The translations under genes and the position numbers were made by a program. Shown piece by piece: positions 62,909 through 64,000 of a stretch of 64,000 bases of DNA (position 1 is its first letter; each line of letters begins with the position of its first letter). Source of the stretch: Octopus vulgaris (taxonomy: Eukaryota); NCBI GenBank assembly GCA_951406725.2, contig OX597815.1:159464001-159528000 (forward strand), read 5' to 3'. The notes beneath the pieces are model-generated. The model made no database searches and was not told where the DNA came from. It worked only from the letters and a program-made list of their open reading frames with translations.

Positions 62909-63568
62909 GCATGCGTGCGTGGAGATTTGTATGTTTTATGTATGTATTCTCATCCATATAATCACATATCTAGACATGCTCATATATATTTAAATAATAA
63001 ACTTCTGGAAAGTTTTACAGATTTTTACAGTTCCAGTGATGGATTGGATCTGTAGTCTTCGAATTAGCTTTCTCCTTTCTGGTTTTGAGAAGCCTAATTT
63101 CTCAAGATTGGTATTTAGACAGTGTGTTACATATCCTAGGGCCCCAATATTTACAGGTATAAACCTGAACTTGTAATCTAGATAGAGTAACTGCAGATTT
63201 CTCAATAGTTCACCATAAGTGTTCTCTTTTTCACTGATCTTCAGCTTTATGTTAACATCCACTGGGCAGCTAATTTCCACAACTGTGCACAGTTTCTCTT
63301 CTCTATCCCAAATTATTATATCAGGTCTGTTGTGCTCACATTTTATTGAGGTCTTCACTGGTACATTCCACCAGTATTCCTTTTCATTATGAGTGGCTAT
63401 GGCTTCTATCATATTATGGGTTTTTATTTCTTTGCCCTCAGGATTATCCTTCCAACAGATTTCATTATAGAGTGACCTAGCTACAACATCATGTCTCATC
63501 GGTAGTGTGAACTCCACAAAGTCTGCATTGGTTGTCACATTTTACAGCTTTCCCCCTCATCTCTATCC

Positions 63569-63569
<1 letters not shown>
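62770..63569 (-). mobile_element. 5'-truncated R4/Dong-clade non-LTR retrotransposon (restriction-like endonuclease domain)
   Basis: ORF 62990-63538 has RHD.V, YWWN, HNRPDIIIWD, VVEISCP, EKENTY and IPVNIGALG (PD-(D/E)xK endonuclease). An upstream frame gives KCDNQCRLCGVH, a truncated zinc knuckle. Both flanks are (TATG)n. Confidence 0.85.
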
Positions 63570-63599
<30 letters not shown>

Positions 63600-64000
63600 T
63601 GTATGTATGTATGTATGTATGTATGTACGTACATACGTACGACTTCTGGCAAAGAATTTTTGGTACATTATAATGTTTTAAAAATATTTTTTCTTAAATC
63701 ATATTAGCTATTTAAAAAAGATTTTGTAAAACAGATTAACAGAAACCTTTCTTCAATGAAGTTTTCATAATCTGTGTAAGCACTTTCTTTGTTCAGTTTT
63801 TGAAACACTTGTTATGGAGTAATCTGTATAGAGGAAGTTATGATTGCACTTCTTTCAGTTTCTGTCTACCAAATCCACTCACAAAGCTTTGGTGGTTTCT
63901 GGGGCTATAGTAGAAGACAACTTGCTCAAGATGCCATGCTGTGGAATTGAACCCAATATCACAAGATCACATGGTTGGGAAGCAAGCTTTTTAACCACAC

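Overview
AT-rich, microsatellite-saturated eukaryotic DNA. The SINE families and the (TA)n/(TATG)n/(TAA)n/(TGA)n load suggest an octopus (coleoid cephalopod) genome; this is inferred from repeat character, not from a search. The window is mostly intron of one + strand protein-coding gene that I cannot name. Four phase-compatible exons (20830-21145, 21828-21904, 28705-28851, 41352-41451) and three weaker ones were found from splice signals. The rest is decayed mobile DNA: three tRNA-type SINE families, an RTE-derived 3'-tail repeat, RTE, R4/Dong and CR1/L2-like LINE fragments, Tc1, mariner and piggyBac relics with their MITEs, and a Helitron. Almost all listed ORFs are microsatellite or SINE artefacts. 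The most interesting signal is not in the ORF track: several sequence-unrelated type I hammerhead ribozyme motifs of the Penelope-like-element kind, all beside dinucleotide microsatellites. Most sit inside fold-back palindromes that carry the ribozyme on both strands (11.7-12.0 kb, 51.6-51.9 kb; a half-motif at 17.3 kb; single copies at 33.9 and 46.7 kb). All folds were done by eye and repeat boundaries are approximate.
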